From: Flavobacteriaceae bacterium | GTDB taxonomy: Bacteria > Bacteroidota > Bacteroidia > Flavobacteriales > Flavobacteriaceae | Direction: 5' to 3' | Assembly: GCA_965661835.1 (NCBI GenBank) | Contig: CBFIFD010000007.1 | Location: 9,075-73,074 of the forward strand | Length of the DNA: 64,000 bases | Part shown: positions 11,001 to 19,689 of the stretch, piece after piece | Numbering within the stretch: the first letter of the stretch is position 1 | Layout of the letters: every line of letters starts with the position of its first letter | Translations under genes and position numbers: made by a program | Notes under the pieces: model-generated | The model's database searches: none | What the model was told of the DNA's origin: nothing | What the model saw: only the letters and a program-made list of their open reading frames with translations

Positions 11001-11414
11001 GGAGTCACCCAGAGACTACAGTGTTATACCGAACTAAATGAGTTGAAAAAAGAGGGAGATTTTGCGGTCTTTGAACGCAACTTAATCGATCGATTCGGCG
11101 CATTACCTCAAACGGCCCAAGACCTGTTAGAGTGCGCCAAACTAAAATCGAGTGCCGCAGAATTAGGCCTTGAACGAGTGGTCTTAAAAAATCAACGCAT
11201 GATTGGCTATTTCATTCAAGATCAAGACAGTCCCTTTTATCAAACGCCCATTTTTCACAATATCATAAACGCGGTTCAAACCCATGATTCTGGGCGGATG
11301 AAACTCAAAGAAAAACAAACTAAAAACGGATTGCGTTTACTTTTGACGGTTGAACATATCCCCAGTGTAACGGTGGCTCTGAGTCATTTGCGCGGGTTAC
11401 TTCAAAAGGGATAA
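8067..11414 (+). CDS. mfd: Transcription-repair coupling factor
   Basis: 1115 aa. CarD-like RNAP-interacting region and SF2 helicase motifs (GDVGFGKTEVA, VDEEQKFG, LTLTATPIPRT, QMRGRVGRS). Confidence 0.95.
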   Translation: MVPSRISALFEQSLPWQKLRQRLSENEAVTKVAGLVGSAQSLIISKIFQEEQRPLVCVMNDKEAAAYLLNDLEGLLGQEYVLFYPGSYRRPYQIEETDNSNVLMRSEVLTHLNSRKKPALIVTYPAAIFEQVVTKKTLIQNTIKLKTGAQLDVDGLNELLFEAEFKRVDFVTQPGEFSVRGGIVDVFSFSNDHPYRLEFFEDTLESIREFDIETQLSIGLNNKISIIPDVGEKSRAVMRQSFLSYVGDQALVVLQDRTFILDQIRDLFGKATEYYAQLDSPLQWSTPEALFYNPSLLEQDLNAVPNIWLETKGTGEQSFSFEQTPQPSFNKQFNLLIDQINLDYDQGLTTLICCGSEAQAKRFRDIFEDSTQEVNGYFIEVFSMHQGFVDKAQKIAVYTDHEIFERYHKFKLKNGFAKKQAVSLKELSQWQIGDYVTHIDHGVGTFGGLQQIEVEGKTQEAIKLVYGDRDILYLSIHSLHKIAKFNGKDGSVPKLYKLGSAAWKNLKTKTKKKVKQIAFDLIELYAKRRMQKGFAFGPDSYLQYELESSFLYEDTPDQTAATEDIKKDMERSQPMDRLVCGDVGFGKTEVAIRAAFKAVDNGKQVAVLVPTTILAFQHHKTFSKRLKDLPVEVDYLNRFRTAKERKNILERLKSGQLDIVIGTHQLVNKSVQFKDIGLLIVDEEQKFGVSVKDKLKTLKENIDTLTLTATPIPRTLQFSLMAARDLSVISTPPPNRYPVDTQVVRFSETLLRDAIHYELSRGGQVFVVQNRIEHIHELAGVIQRLIPEAKIAVGHGQMEGKKLESIMMGFMENEYDILVSTTIIENGLDVSNANTILINNAHQFGLSDLHQMRGRVGRSNKKAFCYFITPPYSAMTDEARKRMTALEQFSDLGSGIHIAMKDLEIRGAGDLLGGEQSGFINEIGFETYQKILAEAIEELKEKEFKDLYKDQLAKKKVFTRDTVVDTDFELRFPEDYINGVTQRLQCYTELNELKKEGDFAVFERNLIDRFGALPQTAQDLLECAKLKSSAAELGLERVVLKNQRMIGYFIQDQDSPFYQTPIFHNIINAVQTHDSGRMKLKEKQTKNGLRLLLTVEHIPSVTVALSHLRGLLQKG

Positions 11415-11767
11415 AATGCATCTTCGATATGACTGATTTGATAGTTTGAAGGCCGCCCAACAACGGAAATCAAATCAAAACGAATCGAGAGATTCGGTGT
11501 TTTTAGTCGTTGTGCCAAACGATGTCCTGCGCGAATTAAATGCCTCTGTTTTTTTTGATCTACTGCAGCGATTGGGTCTTGCCATAAGTCAGAGGTTCTT
11601 GTTTTTACCTCGACAATGATCAATAGATTCGGGCTTTGACGTGCCACTAAATCCAGTTCAAGACGCCCGATTTGATAATTTCTATAAAGTATATCAAACC
11701 CCTTTGTCTGGAGGTATTGCTCTGCAATTCCTTCGCCCCAATGGCCTAAATCATTGTGCTGTGCCAT
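11402..11767 (-). CDS. YraN family (UPF0102) endonuclease-like protein
   Basis: The ATG at 11767 (MAQHNDLGHWGEGIAEQYL...) gives 121 aa with the typical ELDLV....L.IVEVK core. The longer ORF-track start (11821) would overlap the upstream gene heavily. Confidence 0.75.
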   Translation of the reverse strand: MAQHNDLGHWGEGIAEQYLQTKGFDILYRNYQIGRLELDLVARQSPNLLIIVEVKTRTSDLWQDPIAAVDQKKQRHLIRAGHRLAQRLKTPNLSIRFDLISVVGRPSNYQISHIEDAFYPF

Positions 11768-12689
11768 GGACCTGTATTTCGGCCTTGTCTTGGGTAACGG
11801 ACAAGGTACAGGGGAGTCCAAGGGGAATGGCCTGATTATCGCTTAAGTGACCGATGGGCGCATCAAATACGACAGGGTAGGATTCCTCAGCGACCGCAGA
11901 CCAAATTATCTCTTTAGCGTCATAACCAAAAGGAATATTATGGTCATTCATGTCGGTCATACCACCGACAATCAAACCCGCCAAACCCTGGAGCATTCCG
12001 CTGCGCTTTAGCGAATACATCATTCGATCGACATGATAAAGGTACTCGTCGAGATCTTCGATTAGAAGTATCTTGCCCCGGGCAGCTATAGCATCTTGAC
12101 TGCCCTGTAAGCTGTATATTAAGGAGAGGTTCCCCCCGACTACGGGCGCCTTTATGCGGCCCGTACGTATTTTTGAGACGGTTCCGGTAGACCTCGAATC
12201 GACTTGTGACAAGGACCATGCGATGGTATAATTATGTCCCGAAATAGCCTGCTTGATCGTCTGAGCGGTTTGTGGAGATTTTTGTTCCATTGCCAAAGGC
12301 ATTTGAGCGTGAAGGCTTACCCAACCTATGTTTTGTAATCTAGCGTGTAGGGCCGTTATATCGCTGTAGCCCATGATCCACTTTGGGTACTTGTGAAATT
12401 CATCAAAATTGACCTGATCTAAAATTCTGATAGTGCCGTAACCACCGCGCGCGCACCAGATTGCTTTTACCTCGGGATGGTCCAAAGCCCACTGAAGATC
12501 CTGGGCGCGCGCGGTGTCCGACCCAGCAAATTGATGGTGCTTAGCCCCAATACTTTGGCCTAAAACCACTCGAAACCCCCATCGGCTAAGACAGTCTTTT
12601 GCTTGACTTAAGTCTTTCTCGGACACAAAGCGAGCTGTAGCAATAATGGCCACCAAAGCGCCATGAGTTAAGTAATCCGGTCGATTCAT
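11751..12689 (-). CDS. LD-carboxypeptidase (peptidase S66 family)
   Basis: 312 aa. GYSDITAL nucleophile motif, CARGGYG motif and the family's typical two-domain length. Confidence 0.8.
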   Translation of the reverse strand: MNRPDYLTHGALVAIIATARFVSEKDLSQAKDCLSRWGFRVVLGQSIGAKHHQFAGSDTARAQDLQWALDHPEVKAIWCARGGYGTIRILDQVNFDEFHKYPKWIMGYSDITALHARLQNIGWVSLHAQMPLAMEQKSPQTAQTIKQAISGHNYTIAWSLSQVDSRSTGTVSKIRTGRIKAPVVGGNLSLIYSLQGSQDAIAARGKILLIEDLDEYLYHVDRMMYSLKRSGMLQGLAGLIVGGMTDMNDHNIPFGYDAKEIIWSAVAEESYPVVFDAPIGHLSDNQAIPLGLPCTLSVTQDKAEIQVHGTAQ

Positions 12690-12796
12690 GATTCAAATAA
12701 ACTTATTGGGAAGCAGACTAAAATTAAACAATTCTTAACAAAAGGAGTCAAATGGTTATAATTTCATAGTTTTATAACGAATCATCGCTTTTTCTA

Positions 12797-14263
12797 TTGA
12801 ATTCTGCTACAACATCTTGTAATGCGAGTACACTCGACCCTTATGTTCCGGGCACTGATAATCCTTGGGATAAGATTAAAGTAAAACATTGCTATCGACG
12901 CCTGGGTTACGGAGCGAGTTATGATGCAGTAAACTCAGCGCTAACAAACACTCCAGGAGATCTTATCGACCAAATAGTCGATGGTGCTGTCAGTGCACCG
13001 CTGCGGGAAGATCCGTTTTGGGGCTTTTATAGACTTATTGATTTTACTGATTTCAATACCGAAAACCCAGAGTATATCAATGACTTTAGAGTCGAGACTG
13101 GAAATCTCATGGTCAGTGGTGGTCTTAAGGGGCGTATGATCTTTTTTTGGTTGAACCATTTTGTGACCGAATTAGATACTTATAACTATGCGCCATACTT
13201 GTTTCAATACTACCGTACAGCAGAATTACACGCCTTGGGAAATTTCAAAGACCTTGTGCGCGCCATGGGTCTGACCCCAGCCATGCTATTTTATCTCAAT
13301 GGCTTTCAAAACACAAATACAGAACCCAATGAAAATTACGCACGGGAACTCTATGAGCTTTTTACTTTGGGCGAAGGCAACGGGTACACCCAAGACGACA
13401 TTGTAGAAACATCCAAAGCCTTGACCGGCTATAATCTCAGCGCGTCACCGGGTGGGCCAATTATATTCAATACGAATACTTTTTACAATGGCGATAAGAC
13501 CATATTCGGGCAAACAGGAAACTGGAATTATCATGACGTCATCGACATTCTGTTCCAGGAGCGCGGGCCGCTTATCGCCCAACATATTAGTCGAAAATTA
13601 TATCGATATTATGTCAGCCCTGATATCGACATTATGATCGAAACCAATATCATTACGCCTATGGCACAAACCATGGTGGATAATGATTTTGAATTGATCC
13701 CCGTGCTCAAGCAGCTCTTTAAAAGCGCCCACTTTTTTGACCAAAATGCAAATGGCGTTCTTATAAAAAGTCCTTTTGATCTGATTTTTCAGTTTGTGAA
13801 CGAATCTAACTTTTCGTACAACAATGAGTTAATGGAGGCCTTTGTCTATTATGCTGCCGTACTAGGCCAAACTATGTTTAATCCACCAGATGTTGCTGGC
13901 TGGCAAGGAGATCAAGCCTGGATAGGCACCTCCACCATTACTGGGCGTTGGGCTTTGTTTAGAGCCTATTTAACCCTGCTTTTTGATAGTGGGCAAGAGG
14001 AGCGCTTTAGAACCCTGGCCATTGAGCTAACCAATAATAGTAACGACCCTGCATATATTACTAAAGTCCTCGCGGACCACTTTAATGCTCGTGAACTCTT
14101 TACTGCTTCAGATTATGACGTTGCGACCCAAGTCTTTAAATGGGAAATTCCACAGAATTATTACGATGATGGATTGTGGAATTTAAGCTGGGCAGAGGCC
14201 CCTTATCAAGTTTTGCTTTTACTAACCCACTTGGCCAACTGGCCCGAATTTCAACTCAAATAG
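12797..14263 (+). CDS. DUF1800 family protein
   Basis: 488 aa with a TTG start, no in-frame ATG near the 5' end, and no obvious signal peptide. Family-typical segments are HFVT, NENYARELYELFTLGEGNGYTQDDIVETSKALTG and PPDVAGW. It is always paired with DUF1501. Confidence 0.7.
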   Translation: MNSATTSCNASTLDPYVPGTDNPWDKIKVKHCYRRLGYGASYDAVNSALTNTPGDLIDQIVDGAVSAPLREDPFWGFYRLIDFTDFNTENPEYINDFRVETGNLMVSGGLKGRMIFFWLNHFVTELDTYNYAPYLFQYYRTAELHALGNFKDLVRAMGLTPAMLFYLNGFQNTNTEPNENYARELYELFTLGEGNGYTQDDIVETSKALTGYNLSASPGGPIIFNTNTFYNGDKTIFGQTGNWNYHDVIDILFQERGPLIAQHISRKLYRYYVSPDIDIMIETNIITPMAQTMVDNDFELIPVLKQLFKSAHFFDQNANGVLIKSPFDLIFQFVNESNFSYNNELMEAFVYYAAVLGQTMFNPPDVAGWQGDQAWIGTSTITGRWALFRAYLTLLFDSGQEERFRTLAIELTNNSNDPAYITKVLADHFNARELFTASDYDVATQVFKWEIPQNYYDDGLWNLSWAEAPYQVLLLLTHLANWPEFQLK

Positions 14264-14269
14264 ACGGCC

Positions 14270-15892
14270 ATGGACCCAAAAAAATATAGTTCAAAAGAAA
14301 AACACTCAGGTCAGATAAATCATGAACATCATGACCATGAGCACGACTATTGGTCACGCCGAAGCTTTATCCAAGCCCTAGGGCTGGTCGGTGGAGGAAG
14401 TATCCTCATGGGGCAACAAGCCGTGTCAGCGGCCCAGGCGACTCCGCTGACCGTAGCTCTTTCAGAAAGTCAAAATGATAATATCTTGGTCATTATTAGG
14501 CTCAATGGAGGGAACGATGGACTCAATACGATCGTTCCGGTTTATGATTACGCAACCTATGCCAATCTCCGGCCCAATATTCGACATTTTGAACCGAACT
14601 TGATGCCATTAAATGACGATTTCAGTTTGCCTGATTTTATGGGAGACCTAGAATCAGTTTGGGGAGATGGACAAATGAAAGTCGTCCATGGTGTGGGTTA
14701 TCCAGATCAAAATCTCTCCCATTTTAGATCAAGCGATATATGGGCCTCGGCCGCACATGATTACGAAGAACATACCGGGTGGTGGGGACGCTATTTTGAG
14801 GACTTATATCCAGACTATCTAACGAATCCACCTGCGGCGCCACCGGCAATACAGATCGGTAATATCGGTAATTTAATATTTGATGGTTTTGATAATAATT
14901 ACGCGTTCACGGTGGCAAATATTGAGCAATTACAAGCCATTGGCACCAATGGTGCGATACATGACGTAGTTGATGTGCCGGGCTGTATCTATGGAGATAA
15001 ACTCACCTATTTGCGGGCTACGGCGAATACGACTTATACCTACTCAGGAGTGATCAATGATGCTTATATGGCCTCGAATAATAATGCCAACTATGGCAAT
15101 GGAGATTTAGCCGAACAATTGGCCGCTGTGGCACGACTGATCAAAGGCGGGCTTGGCACAAAAGTCTATATGGTTTCGCTAGGCAGTTTCGATACACACG
15201 CAGATCAGCGTTATCAGCATCAAGCCCTGCTCCAAGATCTCTCATCAACGATCAAAGCATTTTACCAAGACCTTGCCTCCGGTGGTTGGGATCAAAAAGT
15301 ACTGTCGATGACCATTTCGGAGTTTGGTCGTCGACCCTATGAAAACGGAGCCTCCGGTACCGACCATGGGGCGGCTTCACCCATGATGCTATTTGGCCCT
15401 GCACTAAACGGGAGTGGATTTGTCGGAGAGCACCCCGATTTATTGACCTGGGATGATTATGACAATCTCATTCCGTCGAATGATTTCCGCGATGTTTATG
15501 CCTCGGTGCTAGCCAATTGGTTCTGTCTTGATCCTGAAGTTATTGATTCTATTTTGCTCAACCATAATTATGAAATGCTTGACCTTGGACTCGATTGTCA
15601 AACCCTGAGTAGTCCGAGCTCTCAATCCTTGTTGCGATTTACCCATCGGCCCGTATATCAAAATAATCAAACGATTATCGAGCTTGAAACACAGCAGACC
15701 GCCCACGGCCGAATTGTACTTTACGATCTGATGGGCCGTGAGTTAGTCACCCTGGCAGACCGCATGTTTTTTCCGGGCAGACATCAAGTTGATGTGCGAC
15801 AGTCTGCAGGGATTCGATTGAGTTATGGTCAATACATTTACCGGATCACATTTGCTGGCCAACATTACAGCAAATCCATAATGCTGCGATAA
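14270..15892 (+). CDS. DUF1501 family protein (alkaline-phosphatase/sulfatase-fold) with twin-arginine leader and T9SS C-terminal sorting domain
   Basis: 540 aa and starts 6 nt after DUF1800. SRRSFIQALGLVGGG is a Tat-type motif. GGNDGLN, FDTHADQ and SEFGRR....GTDHG are family motifs. The last ~70 aa (RIVLYDLMGRELVTL...GQYIYRITFAG..YSKSIMLR) look like a Por/T9SS CTD. Confidence 0.75.
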   Translation: MDPKKYSSKEKHSGQINHEHHDHEHDYWSRRSFIQALGLVGGGSILMGQQAVSAAQATPLTVALSESQNDNILVIIRLNGGNDGLNTIVPVYDYATYANLRPNIRHFEPNLMPLNDDFSLPDFMGDLESVWGDGQMKVVHGVGYPDQNLSHFRSSDIWASAAHDYEEHTGWWGRYFEDLYPDYLTNPPAAPPAIQIGNIGNLIFDGFDNNYAFTVANIEQLQAIGTNGAIHDVVDVPGCIYGDKLTYLRATANTTYTYSGVINDAYMASNNNANYGNGDLAEQLAAVARLIKGGLGTKVYMVSLGSFDTHADQRYQHQALLQDLSSTIKAFYQDLASGGWDQKVLSMTISEFGRRPYENGASGTDHGAASPMMLFGPALNGSGFVGEHPDLLTWDDYDNLIPSNDFRDVYASVLANWFCLDPEVIDSILLNHNYEMLDLGLDCQTLSSPSSQSLLRFTHRPVYQNNQTIIELETQQTAHGRIVLYDLMGRELVTLADRMFFPGRHQVDVRQSAGIRLSYGQYIYRITFAGQHYSKSIMLR

Positions 15893-15962
15893 CCCCCTGT
15901 CTTTTATTTCGACATTACACAGAATTATTGCCTCGTTTCTTCAGTCTAAAATCCTTACTTTT

Positions 15963-15982
15963 ACGACTTATATATAAGTCGT
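15963..15982. promoter_or_regulatory. Perfect 20-nt palindrome ACGACTTATA|TATAAGTCGT overlapping the metG GTG start
   Basis: Read directly from the sequence. The right arm contains the first two bases of the GTG start codon at 15981. Function is unknown (operator or start-occluding hairpin). Confidence 0.3.
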
Positions 15983-18047
15983 GAAACAAACCCCAAAACG
16001 ATACACCGTAACTGCAGCATTGCCCTATGCCAATGGCCCTGTTCATCTTGGGCATTTGGCTGGCGTATATATTCCTGCAGATATTTATACCCGCTATTTG
16101 CGATTACAGGGACGCGACGTAGCCTTTATCTGCGGTAGCGATGAACACGGCGTGCCTATTGCCATCAAGGCCAAAAAAGAAGGGGTCACACCCCAGGCTG
16201 TTGTGGACCGTTACCACAAAATTATAAAGCAGAGTTTTGAAGATTTTGGCATCAGCTTTGACAATTATTCTAGGACGTCCGCTCCTGTGCATCATGAGAC
16301 TGCATCGGACTTCTTTAACAATCTTCACGACAAAGGACAATTTGTTGAGGAAACTACCGAACAACTTTATGATGACCAGGCCAAGCAATTTTTAGCGGAC
16401 CGCCTGGTTACTGGAACCTGCCCTAAATGTGGGAATACTGAGAGTTACGGTGATCAGTGCGAGCAATGTGGCACGAGTCACAACGCTACGGACCTGATCA
16501 ATCCCAAGAGTACACTCTCTGGAAGCACTCCAGTATTGAAACAAACCAAACACTGGTTTTTGCCCTTAGATCAACATCAGCAATGGCTTAAAAATTGGAT
16601 TTTGGACGAGCATAAATCTGACTGGAAGCCCAATGTATATGGGCAATGCAAGTCATGGATTGATGATGGCTTGCGCCCTCGAGCGGTAACTCGTGACTTA
16701 GATTGGGGTATCCCCGTTCCGGTAGATAATGCACAAGGCAAAGTACTATATGTTTGGTTTGATGCCCCTATTGGGTATATCTCTGCAACCAAAGAGTGGG
16801 CGGATAATAATGGGATAGATTGGACCCCGTATTGGAAGAATTCAGAAACCAAACTGGTTCATTTCATCGGCAAAGACAATATTGTCTTTCACTGTATTAT
16901 TTTCCCAAGTATGCTCAAAGCTCATGGAGATTTCATACTCCCTGACAACGTACCGGCCAATGAATTTTTAAATTTAGAAGGGGATAAAATTTCAACAAGT
17001 CGCAACTGGGCCGTATGGCTGCACGAGTATCTGGTAGACTTTGAGGGCCAACAAGACGTCTTGCGCTACACCCTCACCGCCAACGCGCCAGAGACCAAAG
17101 ACAACGACTTTACTTGGGCCGATTTCCAAGCGCGCAACAACAACGAATTGGTGGCCATTTTTGGTAATTTCATTAACCGGGTAACGGTGTTGACGCATAA
17201 ATACTACCAGGGTGCAGTGCCTCAGCCCTATGAACTCTCGCAGGAAGATGAATTGATTCTGAATCAACTCAAAGCGTTTCCCGATGTGATTGCAGATTCG
17301 ATTGAGCGCTACCGTTTTAGAGAGGCCCAATCTGAATTAATGAATGTCGCCCGAATGGGAAATAAATATTTGGCTGATGCCGAACCTTGGAAGCTTGTCA
17401 AAAGCGATGAGAAAAGAACGGCCACGATCATGTACGTTGCCCTTCAGATTGCCTCAGCTTTGGCCGTACTCAGCGAACCCTTTCTTCCATTTACCTCAAA
17501 TAAGTTAAAGACTTCGTTGGGGCTGAATAATCCAGATTCATCTCTCGGTTGGAGCCATATCGCAAAGGCCACAACTTATCTCCCCACGGGACATATCATC
17601 ACAAAAAGCCCGCTGTTATTCCGTAAAATCGAGGATGAAGAAGTCGAACAACAGCGCAATAAATTAGCCCAAACAAAACTAAATAATCAGCCCATGGATG
17701 ATCGCCACACGCCTCAAAAAGATCTTGTCAATTTTGATGATTTTACCCAAATGGACTTTCGAGTGGGTACGATATTGAGTGCAGAAAAAATGCCTAAAGC
17801 CGATAAACTTTTGGTCTTAAAGGTCGATGTAGGTCTCGATCAACGGACTATTGTGTCTGGCATTGCTGAGCACTTTAAACCTGAAGAAATTATTGGCAAA
17901 CAGGTTTGCGTTTTACTCAATCTTGCTCCGCGGAAGATTCGCGGCACAGAAAGTCAAGGGATGATTTTAATGGCAGAACAAGAAGACGGCGCCCTTTGTT
18001 TTTTGAGTCCTGATCAAGCCATTAAGTCTGGGGCTACGATTCGCTAA
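15981..18047 (+). CDS. metG: Methionine--tRNA ligase with C-terminal tRNA-binding (EMAP-like) domain
   Basis: 688 aa with a GTG start (stop codon two codons upstream, no ATG alternative). [13 protein letters not shown] (HIGH-type) motif, CPKC/CEQC zinc knuckles, KISTSRN (KMSKS-type) motif, and a C-terminal FRVGTI...[10 protein letters not shown]-fold domain. Confidence 0.95.
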   Translation: MKQTPKRYTVTAALPYANGPVHLGHLAGVYIPADIYTRYLRLQGRDVAFICGSDEHGVPIAIKAKKEGVTPQAVVDRYHKIIKQSFEDFGISFDNYSRTSAPVHHETASDFFNNLHDKGQFVEETTEQLYDDQAKQFLADRLVTGTCPKCGNTESYGDQCEQCGTSHNATDLINPKSTLSGSTPVLKQTKHWFLPLDQHQQWLKNWILDEHKSDWKPNVYGQCKSWIDDGLRPRAVTRDLDWGIPVPVDNAQGKVLYVWFDAPIGYISATKEWADNNGIDWTPYWKNSETKLVHFIGKDNIVFHCIIFPSMLKAHGDFILPDNVPANEFLNLEGDKISTSRNWAVWLHEYLVDFEGQQDVLRYTLTANAPETKDNDFTWADFQARNNNELVAIFGNFINRVTVLTHKYYQGAVPQPYELSQEDELILNQLKAFPDVIADSIERYRFREAQSELMNVARMGNKYLADAEPWKLVKSDEKRTATIMYVALQIASALAVLSEPFLPFTSNKLKTSLGLNNPDSSLGWSHIAKATTYLPTGHIITKSPLLFRKIEDEEVEQQRNKLAQTKLNNQPMDDRHTPQKDLVNFDDFTQMDFRVGTILSAEKMPKADKLLVLKVDVGLDQRTIVSGIAEHFKPEEIIGKQVCVLLNLAPRKIRGTESQGMILMAEQEDGALCFLSPDQAIKSGATIR

Positions 18048-18097
18048 ATGCATTGATACAGGGCCAAAACGCTCGAGCTCGGTAGCTTCTGAAAAGG

Positions 18098-18328
18098 CTA
18101 TACTATTTTGGTGCTAATGATATTGACCGGGCAGGCCTTTGCTGCTTCACAACCAGATTCGTAAACCGAATCATCCGGTGTTTTGAGCGTATAAAATCCC
18201 TTTTTTTCTTGAGAATGCAGCAAGACACTTTTGCCGTCTTTTTTAGACATTTGAAACTGCTCAGGAGCAAGTTCAACGCAGTAATTACAACCGATACACT
18301 TTTGTCTTTGTAAGGTGATTATAACCAT
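18098..18328 (-). CDS. Small [4Fe-4S]/[3Fe-4S] ferredoxin
   Basis: 76 aa. CIGCNYC ... ACP cysteine pattern (CxxCxxC...CP). It starts 11 nt downstream of the U32 gene. Confidence 0.75.
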   Translation of the reverse strand: MVIITLQRQKCIGCNYCVELAPEQFQMSKKDGKSVLLHSQEKKGFYTLKTPDDSVYESGCEAAKACPVNIISTKIV

Positions 18329-18339
18329 ACTTTTGGGCG

Positions 18340-19596
18340 TTATGCCGTGGCGTACTCAGTTTTGACCACTTTGTATAACTTATCGGAGGGACGGATCCGG
18401 AATGACAATGGAACGGTAATGCTGTCTCCTTTGGTCGCCGTTTCTTGAGCCTGGTCATTAACCAGCATTTCTGAGAGCTCGAGTTCCTGGGCTCCTGTGG
18501 TTGGTCCTTGAATAAGGATGGTGTCGCCTAATTTTAAATCGTAGGCCTCTATTTTAAATTCCCCAATATTGGCCTTTGGAAAAAAGTGAACGCCTTTGCC
18601 GACATATACTTTTTTCTGGGTGGCCTTTGACCCATTAACCTCGCTCCATTCACCGAGTTTTTGACCCAAATAATATCCACTCCAAAAACCGCGATTGTAT
18701 ACTTTTTCGAGCGCGCCCATCCACTGAGCAACGCGCTCTTTGTCAAAGGTTCCTTGGGTGTGGGCGTCAATCGCCTCTCGATAGGTTTGGATCACTTTTG
18801 CGACATACTCCGGAGCACGACCACGGCCTTCTATTTTGAGAACTTTGACCCCTGTATCGATAACTTGATCCAAAAAATCAAGAGTACACAAATCTTTGGG
18901 CGACATCATATATTGATTGTCTAGTTCAATTTCAAAGCCACTCTCCTGGTCGATTACTGTATATTTCTTGCGGCAATTTTGTTTGCAGGCCCCACGATTT
19001 GCCGAGGAGTTATGAGAATGTAGACTCAAATAACATTTGCCCGAAACAGCCATACACAGGGCTCCATGACCAAAAATTTCTACTTCGACCAGTCTTCCGC
19101 TTGGTCCGCGGACATCATCACGCTCAATTTGATCGATTATTTTCTTCACCTGGCGCAAACTCAATTCACGACTCATGACCATAGTATCGGCAAACATCGC
19201 ATAAAACTTCACAGTTTCGATATTGGTGATATTGATTTGCGTTGAGATGTGTATCTCCATACCGATTTGACGCGCATAAGCAATTACGGCTTGATCCATC
19301 GCGATTACGGCAGTTATTCCTGCGCTTTTAGCCGCATCCAATAGGGTTTTGATGATTGATAAATCGTGGTCATAAATAATGGTATTTAAAGTCAAATAGG
19401 TTCTGACCTTCTCGGGCTCACATCGCTTGACAATTTCAGGTAAGTCTTCAATTGTAAAATTAATACTCGCGCGGGCGCGCATGTTGAGTTGGTCCACACC
19501 GAAATAAACAGAATCAGCGCCGTTATCGATTGCAGCCTGCAGCGATTCAAAATTCCCTGCGGGGGCCATTAATTCTATAGTGCCATTTTCAGTCAT
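18340..19596 (-). CDS. Peptidase U32 family protein (probable O2-independent Fe-S hydroxylase type rather than a protease)
   Basis: 418 aa. U32 signature EIFGHGALCMAVSGKCYLS. The four Cys are spaced CX6CX15CX3C. Confidence 0.85.
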   Translation of the reverse strand: MTENGTIELMAPAGNFESLQAAIDNGADSVYFGVDQLNMRARASINFTIEDLPEIVKRCEPEKVRTYLTLNTIIYDHDLSIIKTLLDAAKSAGITAVIAMDQAVIAYARQIGMEIHISTQINITNIETVKFYAMFADTMVMSRELSLRQVKKIIDQIERDDVRGPSGRLVEVEIFGHGALCMAVSGKCYLSLHSHNSSANRGACKQNCRKKYTVIDQESGFEIELDNQYMMSPKDLCTLDFLDQVIDTGVKVLKIEGRGRAPEYVAKVIQTYREAIDAHTQGTFDKERVAQWMGALEKVYNRGFWSGYYLGQKLGEWSEVNGSKATQKKVYVGKGVHFFPKANIGEFKIEAYDLKLGDTILIQGPTTGAQELELSEMLVNDQAQETATKGDSITVPLSFRIRPSDKLYKVVKTEYATA

Positions 19597-19646
19597 AGCC
19601 TGAGCATTATTTCGAGCAAAGGTAGTAATTGCCTCAAACTAATCGT

Positions 19647-19677
19647 ATAAAAATCTGAGCGGCATACGCCGCCCAGA
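19647..19677 (-). terminator. Rho-independent terminator downstream of ssb
   Basis: 10-bp stem with one mismatch (TCTGAGCGGC / GCCGCCCAGA), ATAC loop, followed on the minus strand by ATTTTTAT. Confidence 0.5.
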
Positions 19678-19689
19678 TTACAATCAAAC

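Noticed and set aside
11402-11414. A 13-nt convergent 3' overlap of mfd (+) and yraN (-), plus a 17-nt overlap between yraN and the LD-carboxypeptidase gene.
   Set aside because: These are real but unremarkable in a compact genome. I found no hairpin or other structure in the overlaps.
12443-12516. A 12-bp GC-alternating inverted repeat (CACCGCGCGCGC ... GCGCGCGCGGTG) about 50 nt apart, a possible Z-DNA or cruciform element.
   Set aside because: Both arms lie inside the LD-carboxypeptidase gene and encode conserved-looking peptide segments (WCARGGYG and DTARAQ). It is most simply a coding coincidence.
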